The notes beneath the pieces were generated by a model, which did not search any database, had not been told where the DNA came from, and was given only the letters and a program-made list of their open reading frames with translations. 64,000 nucleotides of DNA from an uncultured Acidobacteriota bacterium (GTDB lineage Bacteria; Acidobacteriota; Thermoanaerobaculia; UBA5066; DATFVB01), in NCBI GenBank assembly GCA_963813155.1, contig CAWEYG010000003.1, positions 982,372 to 1,046,371 on the forward strand. Reading direction: 5' to 3'. Every line of letters begins with the position of its first letter. Positions within the stretch are counted from its first letter, which is position 1. The position numbers and the translations under genes are program-made. Shown in pieces: positions 18,161 to 30,441 of the stretch.

Positions 18161-19296
18161 GTCCGCTCTTCCATTTTCTCGAGAAGCAGTTCCGCCGCGG
18201 CCTCGGGCGATTCGCCACCCGTCAACGAAACCGCGAGAGCGGCTATTCTATAGAAAGGCAGGCGCTCGTCCAAAAGCCGCCGGGCCTGCGCGACGTCGGC
18301 GAACAGCGGCCGGTCCGGCCTGGCGCCCGCGCGGCCGGCGAGCACCTCGAACGGCGCGTCGAGAAAAACCGAGAGCCCCGACCTTTGAATGAGCTTTCGG
18401 TTGCCTTCGGCGGCGAAAGTTCCGCCGCCGGTCGCAAAAACGCCTTCCGGAATGTCGGCCGAGCCCTCTACGAATGCCCGTTCGCGCCGCCGAAACTCCG
18501 GCTCCCCCTCCGACTCGAAGATCGCGCGAACCGTCTTTCCCGAAGTCGACTCGATCTCGGCGTCGAGATCGAAGAACGGGAGCGCGAGGCGACGCGCCAG
18601 GATCCGGCCGATCGTCGTCTTCCCGCTCCCCATGAACCCGACGAGCCAGATCTTCCTCGGAAGGAAGCGCCGGCGCGCGGCGTCGACGGCCGTCCGCGCC
18701 CGCTCCCGCGCGTCGGGGCCGTTCAGCGCCGAGATCATCGCGGCGGAATCTGCGCCCGCCGCCCACACCGCGTCCAGGTCGTCTGGCGAGATTCCGCCGA
18801 TCGCGACGAGCGGCTTCGCCCGGGCGGGGCTCGAGGCCGCGGCCGCAAGCTGCTCCAGGCCGAGCGCGGAGCGGCCGGGCTTCGTCGCGCTCTCGAACAC
18901 GGGACCGAACGCGACGTAATCGGCGTCCGGGCATCCGAACGCGCGAACCGCGTCCTCGACGGTATGGGTAGAGACTCCGACGGCCGGTTCGGGTCCGAGG
19001 ACCCGCCGCGCGAGCGGCGGGGACAGGTCGTCTTCCCCGAGGTGCACTCCGCAGCCGGCGATCCGGGCGATGTCGGCGCGGTCGTTCACGAGCAGCAGCG
19101 CCCCCCGGGAAGTGGCGAATTCCTGCGCCCGTTGAACGGACTCCAGCAGGTCCGAATCGGAAAGGTTCTTTTCGCGGATCTGAACGGCCCGAATCCCCTC
19201 TTCGAAAAAGATCCGCGCGACGTCTTCCGCGCGGTCGAGGCCGCAGCGGCGCCGGTCCGTGATCGCGTAGAGGGGAGGGAGCCCGCGGACGCTCAA
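18148..19296 (-). CDS. thiE-aroK: Thiamine-phosphate synthase (ThiE) - shikimate kinase (AroK) fusion
   Basis: [37 protein letters not shown], then in frame [31 protein letters not shown]. Confidence 0.85.
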   Translation of the reverse strand: MSVRGLPPLYAITDRRRCGLDRAEDVARIFFEEGIRAVQIREKNLSDSDLLESVQRAQEFATSRGALLLVNDRADIARIAGCGVHLGEDDLSPPLARRVLGPEPAVGVSTHTVEDAVRAFGCPDADYVAFGPVFESATKPGRSALGLEQLAAAASSPARAKPLVAIGGISPDDLDAVWAAGADSAAMISALNGPDARERARTAVDAARRRFLPRKIWLVGFMGSGKTTIGRILARRLALPFFDLDAEIESTSGKTVRAIFESEGEPEFRRRERAFVEGSADIPEGVFATGGGTFAAEGNRKLIQRSGLSVFLDAPFEVLAGRAGARPDRPLFADVAQARRLLDERLPFYRIAALAVSLTGGESPEAAAELLLEKMEERTCVI

Positions 19297-20639
19297 TTCC
19301 CGACGGAAGTGAATCGTTCCATGAAGCGCGTCGTGAGGCGCCCTTCCTGGAAATCCTTCTCTTCCAGGATCCGCCGGTGCATCGGAATCGTGGTCTTGAC
19401 CCCCTCGATCACGAAGAAGTCGAGCGCCCGGCGGCCCCGCGAGATCGCTTCCGCGCGGTCCTTCCCGCGAACGATCAGCTTCGCGATCAGGGAATCGTAA
19501 TAGGGCGGGATCACGTAACCCTGGTAGGCCGCGGTGTCCACCCGCACGCCCGTGCCGCCGGGAGGATGGAACACCGTGATCCGGCCGGGAGAAGGTGTGA
19601 ATTTCTCCGGATCCTCCGCGTTGATCCGGAATTCGATCGCGTGGCCGCGCGCCTTGATCTCCTTGTCTCCGAATGACAGGGCGTTCCCCGCCGCGACCGA
19701 GATCTGCTCCTTCACGAGATCGAGGCCCGTGACTTCTTCCGTGACGGGGTGCTCCACCTGAATCCTCGTGTTCATCTCCATGAAGTAGAACTTGCCGTCC
19801 GAGTCGAGCAGGAATTCCACCGTTCCGGCCCCGAGGTACGCGACGGCCTTGCCCGCCTGGATCGCCGCGGCCCCCATCCGCGCCCGGAGCTCGGGGTCGA
19901 CGGCCGTCGAAGGCGACTCCTCGATCAATTTCTGGTGCCGCCGCTGGATCGAGCACTCGCGTTCGCCGAGATGAACGACCTTGCCGAACCGGTCGCCGAA
20001 GATCTGAAACTCCACGTGCCTCGGCGCGACGAGATACTTCTCCAGGTAGATCTCGGAGTTGCCGAACGCCTTGTCCGCCTCTCCGCGCGCGATCTCGTAG
20101 TACTGGGCCAGATCCCTCTCGTTGGCGGCGACCCGCATGCCGCGCCCCCCGCCGCCGGCCGAAGCCTTCAGGATGACGGGATAACCGACTTTTCGCGCGA
20201 GCTCGACGGCCTCGTCCAGCGTGTCGAGCGCGCCGACGGACCCGGGAAGCGTCGGGACTCCCGCCTTCGCCATCGTCGTTCGGGCGAGCGCCTTGTCTCC
20301 CATCGTGCGGATCGCCTCCGGCGAGGGGCCGATGAACGCGATCCGGCAGTCCGCGAGGATTTCGGCGAACCGCGAGTTTTCCGACAGGAAACCGTAGCCG
20401 GGATGGATCGCATCCGCCTCCGTGATCTCGGCGGCCGAGATGATCGAAGCGACGTTCAGGTACGAGGCCGACGGGGGATGCGGCCCGATGCAAACGTCCT
20501 CGTCGGCATAGCGGACGTGCAGCGCGTCCCGATCCGCCTCGCTGTAGACGGCGACCGTGCGAATTCCGAGCTCACGGCAGGCGGAGATGACCCGAAGGGC
20601 GATCTCCCCCCGGTTCGCGACGAGGATCTTCTTAAACAT
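19293..20639 (-). CDS. accC: Acetyl-CoA carboxylase biotin carboxylase subunit
   Basis: [46 protein letters not shown]. Confidence 0.97.
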   Translation of the reverse strand: MFKKILVANRGEIALRVISACRELGIRTVAVYSEADRDALHVRYADEDVCIGPHPPSASYLNVASIISAAEITEADAIHPGYGFLSENSRFAEILADCRIAFIGPSPEAIRTMGDKALARTTMAKAGVPTLPGSVGALDTLDEAVELARKVGYPVILKASAGGGGRGMRVAANERDLAQYYEIARGEADKAFGNSEIYLEKYLVAPRHVEFQIFGDRFGKVVHLGERECSIQRRHQKLIEESPSTAVDPELRARMGAAAIQAGKAVAYLGAGTVEFLLDSDGKFYFMEMNTRIQVEHPVTEEVTGLDLVKEQISVAAGNALSFGDKEIKARGHAIEFRINAEDPEKFTPSPGRITVFHPPGGTGVRVDTAAYQGYVIPPYYDSLIAKLIVRGKDRAEAISRGRRALDFFVIEGVKTTIPMHRRILEEKDFQEGRLTTRFMERFTSVGN

Positions 20640-20653
20640 TGCCGCGCGGCGCG

Positions 20654-20838
20654 CTCACGCCCGTGAGCGCAGAGCGCGCAATCCCCGCGGCAGCGGGGAT
20701 CTCCCGCCGAGCGATTCCCGCTTTCGCGGGAATGACGGCCGCCGATCGCCTCACGCCCGTGAGCGCAGAGCGCGCAATCCCCGCGAAGCGGGGATCTTCC
20801 ACCGAGCGATTCCCGCTTTCGCGGGAATGACGGCCGCC
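20654..20838. repeat. Two tandem ~96-bp units of paired REP palindromes (BIME-like)
   Basis: CTCACGCCCGTGAGCGCAGAGCGCGCAATCCCCGC...GCGGGGATC...GATTCCCGCTTTCGCGGGAATGACGGCCGCC at 20654 and 20750. Confidence 0.9.
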
Positions 20839-20845
20839 ACGTCTT

Positions 20846-21345
<500 letters not shown>

Positions 21346-21346
<1 letters not shown>

Positions 21347-21720
21347 CAGATCAGTTCTTTCTCCAACAGCGCCGCCGCCCGCCGGGCTTCGAACCGGGCC
21401 CGTCCGAAGTTCCCCTCGCGCGACAGCAGGACGAGCAAATAATACTCGGAAGTCACGGCCTCCAGGATCAGAATCGAGCTGCCGCTTTCGATCGTGAACT
21501 GCTGGATGATGCCCGAGTCGACCCCGGACTCCGACGTCATGAGGTGCTTCAGGATTCCCGTGAGCTCCGCGGCGATCGGTTCCAGTTGAGGGTCCTGGCC
21601 GGCGAGGGCGGCGGATCCCACCGATTCGAGCGTGATCCCGTCCCGGCCCATCAGGGAGAGGCCGCGGACGCCCTCGACTCTCGCCGCGACGCCTTCGAGC
21701 GCTGCGCGAAAGACCGCCAT
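21346..21720 (-). CDS. Roadblock/LC7 domain protein (MglB/MglC-like)
   Basis: SLMGRDGI...GNFGRARFE pattern, 124 aa. Confidence 0.8.
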
Positions 21721-21736
21721 CAGGTCCGAGCCGCCG

Positions 21737-22715
21737 TCATGCCCGGCCCGCGCTCGCCCGGCTCTGGATACCCGCGAGCCAGCTCTCGAGCCGGGCGGCT
21801 TTTTTCCGGCCGGGCTTCCGAAGGACCTTCAGGCGCCTCGTGACGCTTTCGTCCATCGGGTTCGCGACGGCGAGCTTCTCGTAGATCTTTCGCGCGTCAT
21901 CGACGAATCCCTGCTTGAAATAGAGGTCGGCGAGGGTCCGCGAAGCGGGAAGCTCGCCGGCTGCGTCGGGCGCGGGCGGGCGGGATGACATCGTGCGTTT
22001 CCGCTGACAGCACGCTTGCCCCCTCACCCGGTCCTCCTCGCGGGCTCAGGGGTCTCTGCCCTCTCCCTCGAGGGAGAGGGCAAGGGACTCCCGAGCCGCG
22101 ACGAGGGTAGCTCGACCGCCGGACGAGCACCGGCGGCACCGGCGCCGGGTACTCCGGCACGGCGGCGCCGAGAACGTTGATGGTCTCGTTCGGATCGAAC
22201 GCCGGCTCCGGAGCCGAAGCGGCGGCCAGGCTCAGATCGTCGATCCGGAGGGCCATCGTCGCTGCGGGCTCCTCCATCGTGGCGGCGGGCTCCTCGGGCG
22301 GATGGATGAGCGCCTCCATCTTTCCAATCCTGTCGTCGATCGACTTGTCCCCCGAGATCGCGCGGTACAGCTTCAGCTTCTTGATCGCCTCGATGGGGTT
22401 CTTGGCGTTCTCGTAGAGGTCGGAGAGGGCTTTCGCGGCCACGAGGTTTTCCCTGTCCATGGAGAGGACTCGCGAAAAGGCTTCGATCGCCTCGTCCGTG
22501 CGCCAGGTCTCCTGGTACAGCCTCGCGAGCGCGATCTGGGCCGAAAGGTACGTGGGATGGCCTTCCAGCCCCTTGCGAAGGGTATTCAGGGCGTCCTCGT
22601 AGCGCCCGGCGCGCCGGTATTCCTCGGCCAGGCCGACGAAGATCCGCGAACCGGGCATCGCGGCCATCCGCTGCTCGAGGTCCCGTATCCTGTCGTCCGA
22701 TTCGGGGTCCGCCAT
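21737..22715 (-). CDS. Tetratricopeptide repeat protein with C-terminal TLADLY..QG motif; frameshifted in linker
   Basis: SRIFVGLAEEYRRAG TPRs, acidic Pro-rich linker, SRTLADLYFKQG...ARLESWLAGI in second frame. Confidence 0.8.
22020..22080. repeat. REP-like palindrome inside the TPR gene
   Basis: CCCCTCACCC...CCCTCTCCC TCGA GGGAGAGGG. Confidence 0.7.
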
Positions 22716-22731
22716 GGGTGTCATTCTCTCA

Positions 22732-22796
22732 CCAAAAGAGCGCCGCCCCCAAAAGGGGGCGGCGCGAGAAAAACCGGGAGAAACCGAAGGTTACGG
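22732..22796 (-). terminator. Intrinsic terminator; copy A of a 65-bp direct repeat
   Basis: rc GCGCCGCCCCC TTTT GGGGGCGGCGC TCTTTT preceded by CCGTAA. Confidence 0.8.
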
Positions 22797-23003
22797 GGCC
22801 CGGAAACCGGCGTTCGAGTTGGATTTCCATCCGGTCTCGCACCTGGAGGCGCCCCGGGCGTGAGCAAGAGCGATCACCTCCTCCAGCCAGGCGAGTCTCT
22901 GCGCCGGCGACGCTTGTAACCCGATTGTCCCTTGCCAGCGCCGTGCGTTCTCCCAGGTCCATTCCGCTTCCTCGAAAACGGGGCTCACGTCCTTTCGGTT
23001 CAT
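22791..23003 (-). CDS. Small partner protein of the nucleotidyltransferase (putative antitoxin-like)
   Basis: 70 aa, W.WENARRWQ...SPAQRLAWLEE motif; ATGA overlap with upstream gene. Confidence 0.65.
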   Translation of the reverse strand: MNRKDVSPVFEEAEWTWENARRWQGTIGLQASPAQRLAWLEEVIALAHARGASRCETGWKSNSNAGFRAP

Positions 23004-23497
23004 TTCTTCCTCTGTCGAGCAATCTCTTCCAGGGCTTCGATGTCCTCAAGGTCAACCGGCCTGCCTGCAATCCTCTTCATCGCGATCAGGTCACGAAGAG
23101 AGGCAAGACGGATGCCTTCTCCGCCGACTTCAACGGATTCCGACCGTGACCAGAGCTCTTCGAATGGAATCGGGCTCTCCGCGAACACGTCAACGATCCG
23201 CATCGGATTGGACGGATCCCAGAACGAAAACACCTGCATGTTCTTCTCTGTGATCCAGGAATGGCGCACGGTGGGATCTGCAAAATCGAGCGCCGCCACC
23301 GGCAGTCGCGGCACCAGACCCAGGTCCGTGAGCGCTTCGACGGCTTTCCGGGCCTCCGCCGGATTGAGATCGATGACGAGATCCACGTCGAGGGTCAATC
23401 GTGCGTGGCCGTGAAGGACGATCGCGAGCCCTCCCACAACGACATATCTCACGCCGTTCGCGTTGAGGGCGTGGAACAGGGGCTGAAACAGAGACAT
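23000..23497 (-). CDS. Nucleotidyltransferase-superfamily protein (AbiEii/DUF6036-like)
   Basis: YVVVGGLAIVLHG..RLTLDVD, DLIAMKRIAGRPVDLEDI. Confidence 0.85.
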   Translation of the reverse strand: MSLFQPLFHALNANGVRYVVVGGLAIVLHGHARLTLDVDLVIDLNPAEARKAVEALTDLGLVPRLPVAALDFADPTVRHSWITEKNMQVFSFWDPSNPMRIVDVFAESPIPFEELWSRSESVEVGGEGIRLASLRDLIAMKRIAGRPVDLEDIEALEEIARQRKK

Positions 23498-23525
23498 TTC
23501 TCAAGTATAGCGGCTGAACTCGCCC

Positions 23526-23590
23526 CCAAAAGAGCGCCGCCCCCAAAAGGGGGCGGGGCGAGACAAGCGGAGAAGAATCGGGGGTTACGG
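23526..23590 (-). terminator. Intrinsic terminator of the pil/adhesin operon; copy B of the 65-bp direct repeat
   Basis: CCAAAAGAGCGCCGCCCCCAAAAGGGGGCGG...GGTTACGG, near-identical to 22732-22796. Confidence 0.8.
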
Positions 23591-26500
23591 AGGCGAGACG
23601 ATCACCGCCCCGGTATCCGACACGGTCCCGCAGGAGTCCGTGACCTTCAGGTCGATAGTCGGATCGTTCGTGCAAGGGGTGCCGCTGGCTCCGCAATCCC
23701 AGGTCACCGCGACGTCGGGCCGCAGCTGTTCGCACCGGGGTTGAGCGGCGAACCCGAGTTGTTTCCGGTCGCCGTCCAGAGACAGGTCAGGGGAGATACT
23801 CCTCCCGTCGAGGTGTTCGTAAACGTGATCTCGCGCCGAGGCACCGGCAGTCTGGGTGAAGGACGCCGCGAGCGCCACGAAGCTCGTGTTGTGGAACAGC
23901 AGTGTTGCTCGAGACGCATCCCGTGGACGAGTTCTTGATGCTGAACGTCACGGATGCCGAACATTTGTCGGGAATGATCGAGAGGCTCAGGTGCTCGGTA
24001 GCCGTCGCCGCGGGTCCTCGCTCGTGCCGACAATCGCAGACAGTACCGCCGGTGACGGTGACGGGAGCCGGCCCCGCCATGCACGTGCCAGTGGTCGTTG
24101 ACGTCGCAGACGATGGCATCGGCCACGGTCAGCGATCACGTTGACGATCAGGAAGAACGTCGCACGACCAGCCTTCGTGCTCGTCAAGGTCGACGATCGT
24201 AGACAGTGCATCCGCTCGGTGTAATCGCGGGTCACGTCTGGGTCGCGTCGCCGATTGAACCGCGGAACCGTCCGCCGCGGGCCGTCGCACCGGTGCGGCC
24301 GATCGCAAGCCGGCCGTGCCGGGTTGCCGTCCGGGAACATCCGGTCCCGGGACCGTGCACGATCGCGGGTACGCCGGAGTGCTGAGATCGTGGCAGCGCG
24401 AGGGCTGGCCGAGTCCGCGCGATGACACTGACGTCGGACACCGGATGCACGTGAGGCGTTCTCGAGTGAACGTCCGAGCTCCCGCGAGCTCGACGTGACG
24501 GATCGCGACGTCATCCGTCGCGGTGCCATTCCACGTGCCGTGACGTCACGTTCCGCGACCTGGTCGACGTCGACACGGACGCCGGTGCCGGTCGTGAAGA
24601 ACCCATCCCGCTGATCGTGACCGTCGGTCGTTCCGCCGGTCGGAATCGATCGACGGGGTTGGCCCGCTCGTGATCGTGGGCGCTCCCGTGCCGGTCGAGT
24701 TGAACGTCACCGTGTTCGACAGACAGCTCGCCGTGCTGGGCAGCGTGTTCTTGACGACGAACGAGACCGAGCCGTTCGTGCAGCTGGGCGCCGGCGTGAT
24801 GTTCAGCGACAGCGTGTTGCCCGACAGTCCGGTGATCGAGACCGTTCCTCCCGCTCACGACAACGCCCGACGACCCGCAGACAGTCCCGGCCGGGTTGCA
24901 GACCGTGATTGTCGAAGGACTGCCCGTCAGGGTCACGGTGACCGCCGTCGCGCTGCCCGCCGTCCCGGAGGCCGGCGACGGGGCGGATGCGGAGATCGCG
25001 CAGGCGCCGCCCGAGCCGGTAGCCGTGAAGGTAATCGCCGACGAGGTCAAGCCGGTCACGGTGTTCTTGACCTGGAACGTAATCGCCCCGGCTACGGTCG
25101 AGCAGATATTGAGCGTGAGCGATTGCGGGTTGCCATCTGTCGTTCCCGTAATGCTCACCGTTGGTAATCCACTCCCTGTCACATTGACGATAGTTGCCGC
25201 TGCCGGGATTCCCCGTCGGGAAGAATCCCGTTCCCGTGAGGGTCGCCGTGTCGCAGACCCGACCGGTCCGGAAGTCGGATTGAGCGCGCCCGTGATCGGC
25301 GGCGCATTCGTCGACGGTGAACGTAACCGTGTCCGAGATGCAGCCCGTCGCGTCGATTCCGGATCGCGAACGTCACGGTGGACGCCGAGCCGTTCGGAGT
25401 GATGCTCACGTTGACGAATTGTCCGCCGTTCATCTCGCTCGTTCCCGTGATCGTCACCGTGCCGCCCGGTGGCGTCGAAGATCGAGACCTGCGGGTTGCT
25501 GCTCTCGAAGAGATGCGCGCCATTGACGACGGCGTGCCGTCGACGAGTTTGCCGGGCCGGAATTCGGCACCAGGCCGTTTGTGGCGTCGATCGTCGGAAC
25601 GTCTCCCGTGAACGAGGACGAGCTCGTCGCCGATTCTCCCGTCGCGATATTCGTGACCGTGATCGTGCCGCCCGCACCGCATCCCGGCGGCGGCTTCACG
25701 AGGATCTGCGTGCCGGTGACCGAGATGACCGTCGCCTCGTGGCCTCCGAAAAGAACCTGTAGAGGCGCGACGAATCCCTGGCCGAGGATCGTGACGACCG
25801 TGCTCGCGTCTCCCTCGACCGGCGAGAACGTCGTGATCGAAAGGGGCACGGTGTACGTGAACGTCGTTGCGCCGTTGCTCTGGCAGCTCGTTCCGGAACC
25901 GCAGTCGGCGTTCTTGACGATGACCGGTTCGGGAGCGCCTGTCGTTCCTGTCGAAGTCCCCAGCGGAAGCGGCGGCGTGATGACGATGATCTGGCTGAAA
26001 GTGACGGAGACGATTTCCGCCTGGACGCCTCCGAAGAAGACCTGGACCGGCGACGAGAAGCCGGAGCCGAGGATCGTCGCCCGCGTGCCGCCGAGCTTCG
26101 TGCCCGAGCTCGGAAGGATCGCGGAAACGACCGGTTGCAGGTTGACCGCCGTGAACGTGAAGCAGCCGGCGGAAGTGATCGTCGTGGCCCCGCCGACCTT
26201 GACGATGACGTCGGCGACGTTGGGCTTCGTCGGATCCAGGCCGGTGAATGCGGGAGTCGTGACGTTGATCGTCGTGTCGGTCACGCTCGTGACGATGCCG
26301 GGCAGCGTCGTCGAGCCGATGCGGAAGAGGACCTGGACCGCGCCCGTTTCGGTGCCGAAGCCACCGCCCTGAATCGTGACCGAGGTCCCGCCGGTGACGG
26401 GACCGCTGCCGGGATTGGCGCAAATCGAAATGAACGCGCCGTTGAACGTGAAGCAGTTCGGAGAAAGCAGGTCGATCCCGCCCGAGATGACGACTTCGAC

Positions 26501-27164
26501 GTCGACGGAAGCCGAGCCGACGCCCGCAAGCTCCGGGAATGCCGGCGTGATCGGCCGTGATCTGGGTGTTCGTCACCGACGTGACGACCGCCTGGTGGAC
26601 GATCGCGCCGGAACGGAAGAAGACGCGAACGTTCGCCAGGTTGGACCCGAAGCCCTGGCCGGTGATCGTGACGGCCGTGCCTCCCGTGACCGGCCCGCTG
26701 TGCGGGTTGGAGCATACCGAGATGAACGGTCCATTCGGCAGACCGTTGGTCGTGAACTGGAGAATCAGCGACTTCTGCGCGTTCTTGTTCGCGAGGGTGA
26801 CCGTGCCCTTGACGGTGACGACTCCCTCGATGTCGGAGCACACGGTGGCCGCCACGGCGCCGCTCTGCGTCACGAGCGAGATCGACTGGAGCCCGTTCTG
26901 GGCGAAAACGCCGAAGCTCGTCGAGAGGACGACGGAAGTGCCGTCGGGGACCGCCGAGCCGTTCAACGTCGCGAACGCCTGAACGATCGTGCACGTGCCC
27001 GCCTTCGGAGACGCGTTCGTCGTCGTGATCTGGAGGGCGAGGCCGCCGTTTCCGCCTCCCCCGCCGCCCGAGGTCGGAGTCGGGCTATCCGCCGAGCAGC
27101 CGACCATCCACGCGGTCGCCGCGATCGTGGCGAGCGCAATCCACCGGTTCAGCGACAGGCGCAT
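23585..27164 (-). CDS. Large lipoprotein adhesin with Ig-like and multiple IPT/TIG repeats and a PKD-like end; heavily frameshifted
   Basis: MRLSLNRW...WMVGC lipobox; repeated SGPVTGGT.VTI.G.GF and PSSGTKLGGTRATILGSGF units over several frames; ends ...AVIVSPP*. Confidence 0.7.
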
Positions 27165-27187
27165 AGGGCCCTCCTTGGTTTTCTTCA

Positions 27188-27758
27188 TCATGGCTGGTAG
27201 ACGAAAATCAGGGGCGCGGACGCGGGCTCGCTCGCCACGCGGGTGCCCGCCACCGTTTCGCCGTAGAAAACGAACGTGAAGCGCAGGTCGATCTCGCTTC
27301 GCCCCGTTTCGAGATCGATTCCGCCGTTGAACGGCAAGGAGCTGATCAAACGGCGACTGGGTCACCGCATAGGCGTACATTCCCGGAAAATTGCTGAGCG
27401 TCTGCGTTCCCCCGGAGGGAAGAAGGCCCTGCGCGCCGCCGAAGGTCTCCTTCGCCGGGACCTTCGTTCCGCCGTCGACCCGGGAGTAGGTCACGACGTA
27501 CGACGTGATGTTCACGTCCTGAAAGTGCTGAGGGTCGGTCGCGGTCGGGCTTTTCAAGTGGCTCTGCAGCGTGATCGTCGGAAACTGGACCGGCGCCGGG
27601 GCCGCGATGTTGACGATCCCGGGATTGTCCGGGATCTGAACCGTGATGAACACGGGAGATTCGGTTTCCCCCTGCTTGTTCGTGCAGCCGGTCGCGAACG
27701 GAAGCAGCAACAGGCCGAAGATCAGCGCCGGGTTCAAGAATCGTTTCGTCGGTCCCAT
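27188..27758 (-). CDS. Lipoprotein immediately downstream of pilQ (frameshifted)
   Basis: MGPTKRFL...FATGC lipobox; VNITSYVVTYSRVDGG...; C-part IDLETGRSEIDLRFTFVFYG in another frame. Confidence 0.7.
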
Positions 27759-27772
27759 CTCGTTGGCCTCCC

Positions 27773-30403
27773 TCAGTGAACGATCCGCGGGGTGATGAAA
27801 ATGATGAGCTCTTCGTGGTTGTCCGCCGTGATCTTGCTCCGGAAGAGATTTCCGATCAGGGGGATCTTCCAGAGGCCCGGCACGTTCTGATACGTGTCGT
27901 TGTTGTTCATCTGGAAGATTCCGCCGATCACGGCCGTGCCGCCGTCTTTGACGATGATCTGCGTCCTCGCCTGGCGGATCGCGATCGGAAGGTTCGGGGT
28001 GCCGGGAATCGCGGCGAGGGGCTCGCGCTTCTGGATGTTCACGTCCATCAGCACGGTTCCCTCCGCGGTGATCTGGGGAGTGACGCTCAACTGGAGCGTC
28101 GCGTCGATGTAGCTGACCGTCGTCGTGTTGTTGACCGTCGTCTGGACGGGGATCTGGGTGCCCGTCTGGATCGAGGCCTGCGTGTTCGTCATCGCGGCAA
28201 CGCGCGGCGAGGAGATGACCTTTGCGAGCCCCTCGTTCTCGGCGGCGTTCAGGGCGATATCGAGATTGAACGTGTCGAGAACGTTGCCCAGTCGCAGCGC
28301 GAGACCCGACGAGCTGGGTTGCGTGGTGCCGTCCGGACGCTGGATGACCGTGCCGTTGATCGTTCCGTTGTTCGGAAAAATGAGATTCGTCGTGTTTCCG
28401 TGAGCGGCGTCCGCAACGCCGGTGAATCCCCAGTTGACGCCGAGCGAGCGCCCGAAAGTCTTCGTCGTCTCGACGATTCGGGCCTCGATGATCACCTGCG
28501 GCGTCGGCGTGTCCAGGCTGTCGATGAGCTGGAGCACCGTCGGCATGAAGTCCGCGATCTCGCGGATGATCAGGGTGTTCGTCCGCTCGTCGACGATGAT
28601 GTCGCCGCGGGGCGACATCACGCGCTTCACGGTCCCCGCCGTGGCCCCCGCCTTCGCGTAGGAGAGTTTCTTCGTGACGGTTTTCGTGGGAAGCGAGGTC
28701 TGGCGCGCCAGATCGAGGGCGGCGCGGTCGCGCTCTTCGGCCTGGAGCTTCCCGATCGTCGCGATCCGCATGACGTTGTTCTCGATGATGTACCCGAGGC
28801 CGTTCTGCTTGAGGATCAGCTCGAGAGCCTGGTCCCACGGGACGTTCTCGAGCCGAACGGTCACGGTTCCGTGCACGTCCGGATCGATCACGATGTTCAA
28901 CCCGGTGAGTTCCGAAATGGTTCGGAACACGTCCTTGATGTCGGCATCCTTGAGGTCGAGCGAGATCGGCTCGCCGGTGTATTGCGACTCTCCCCCTCCG
29001 ACGGTCTTGGACTTGTAGGCGTTGTTGAGCTCCTGCCGGTCGGTCGGCTTTTCCTGCTGCGCGAGAAGCGCTTCCGCCGATTCGAAGAGGACGTCCTCTT
29101 TTTCTTCTTGGCGGCAGTGGCCGGCGTCGGCGCGGTCTTCGCCGGGGCGGCCTTCGGCGCCGCGGGCCGGGGATCCCGCCGGGCCTCCAGGACCCCCGGC
29201 GCCCGTTTGTGGGCCGGGATCGATTCGACGGAGGGTCCGGTCGCGACCTGGGTCATCGGGCTGCCGGCCGCCGCTGTGGGCGCCGGCGCCGGGCTCTCTG
29301 CGGGAGCGGCGGCGACGGGCTCAGCCGGGCTTTCGGGCTTCGGCATCTCCGGCGGAGGAACCGCCGCTTCGCTGGCCGGGGCGGGACTCGCGAGCACCGT
29401 TCGGGAAGGAGTGGGGGCGGCCGGAGACGGCGCCGGCGTTGAGCGGGCCTCCACGGCCGATCCAATCACGATCTGCAGGCGCTCTCCGTCGCGCCGGGTG
29501 GTATAGGGAACGGACCCGTTCAGATCCAGAACGACGCGCGTCACCTTCTCGGGCGCGGTCTTGAATTGGGCGATGCGGGCGCGAAGGACTGGCCCCGCTC
29601 CGGCGACCGTGCGGCGCTTGACCTCCGTGCGGACTCCGTTGAAGTCCAGGACGATCCGGGGCGGGTTCGGAAGCACGAAGTCGCTCGCGGAGAGCACGCC
29701 GTCCCCGAGCAGGGTGACGACGACGGAATCGCCGGAGCCGTGCACTTCGACGCTTTCGAGGGTCCGCGCGATCTCGCCGACCGGGACATTCGCCGCCGCC
29801 GGAGCCGCGACCGGCTCGAGGGCCGCCGGTTCCGGCGCCGCCGGAGCGGCCGGCGCGGCTGCCGGGAGCTCGACCGCCGTGACGACGGCCGGCTTCGGGA
29901 CGTCGGTGGTCTCGGCGACCGCAGCTGCGCCGGCCTCCGGCGCGAACGCGATCGCGAGGGATTCGCCCTGCGACGCGATTTCGTATTTCACTTTCGGATC
30001 GTGCAGGATCGTCAGCCGGGTCTGTGTCTTGCCGAGCTCGACCTGCGGCTCGACCCGGATGGAGGTGACGAGAGCTCCTTCCGGCGACGGCGTCACAAAC
30101 GCGTCCGCCGGCCGGGCGCCGGTCAAATCGATGACGAGCGTGTCGGGCCGCGGCTCATACGAGGTGTACAGGAGCGGGGCTCTTGGCGTTCAGAACGACC
30201 CGGGCGCCGTCGGAGTCCTGAGAAAAGGCCGCGGAATCGATGACCGCGTACGGTTTCTTTTCCGGGGAACCCGCCGGAGTCGAGGCGGAGCGGTCGGCTG
30301 GAGCGTCCGATGCAGCGACGCGATTCGCGTGACTCGAAGAGCACGCGGTGCCCGCGAAGGCGACACCGGCCATCGCCACGAAGCAGATCCATCGTCTGTG
30401 CAT
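27773..30403 (-). CDS. pilQ: Type IV pilus secretin PilQ with AMIN domains (frameshifted)
   Basis: Lipoprotein-like start, AMIN (PPRIVLDF, RVVLDL), YTGEPISLDLKDADI, VPWDQAL, QVIIEARIVE, secretin end ELIIFITPRIV. Confidence 0.9.
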
Positions 30404-30441
30404 CTCTCCTCCCGTTTTCACGAAGGCCTTCCGGGCCCGTC

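Noticed and set aside
20654-20838. Possible CRISPR array
   Set aside because: Only two near-identical 96-bp units with no unique spacers and no cas genes
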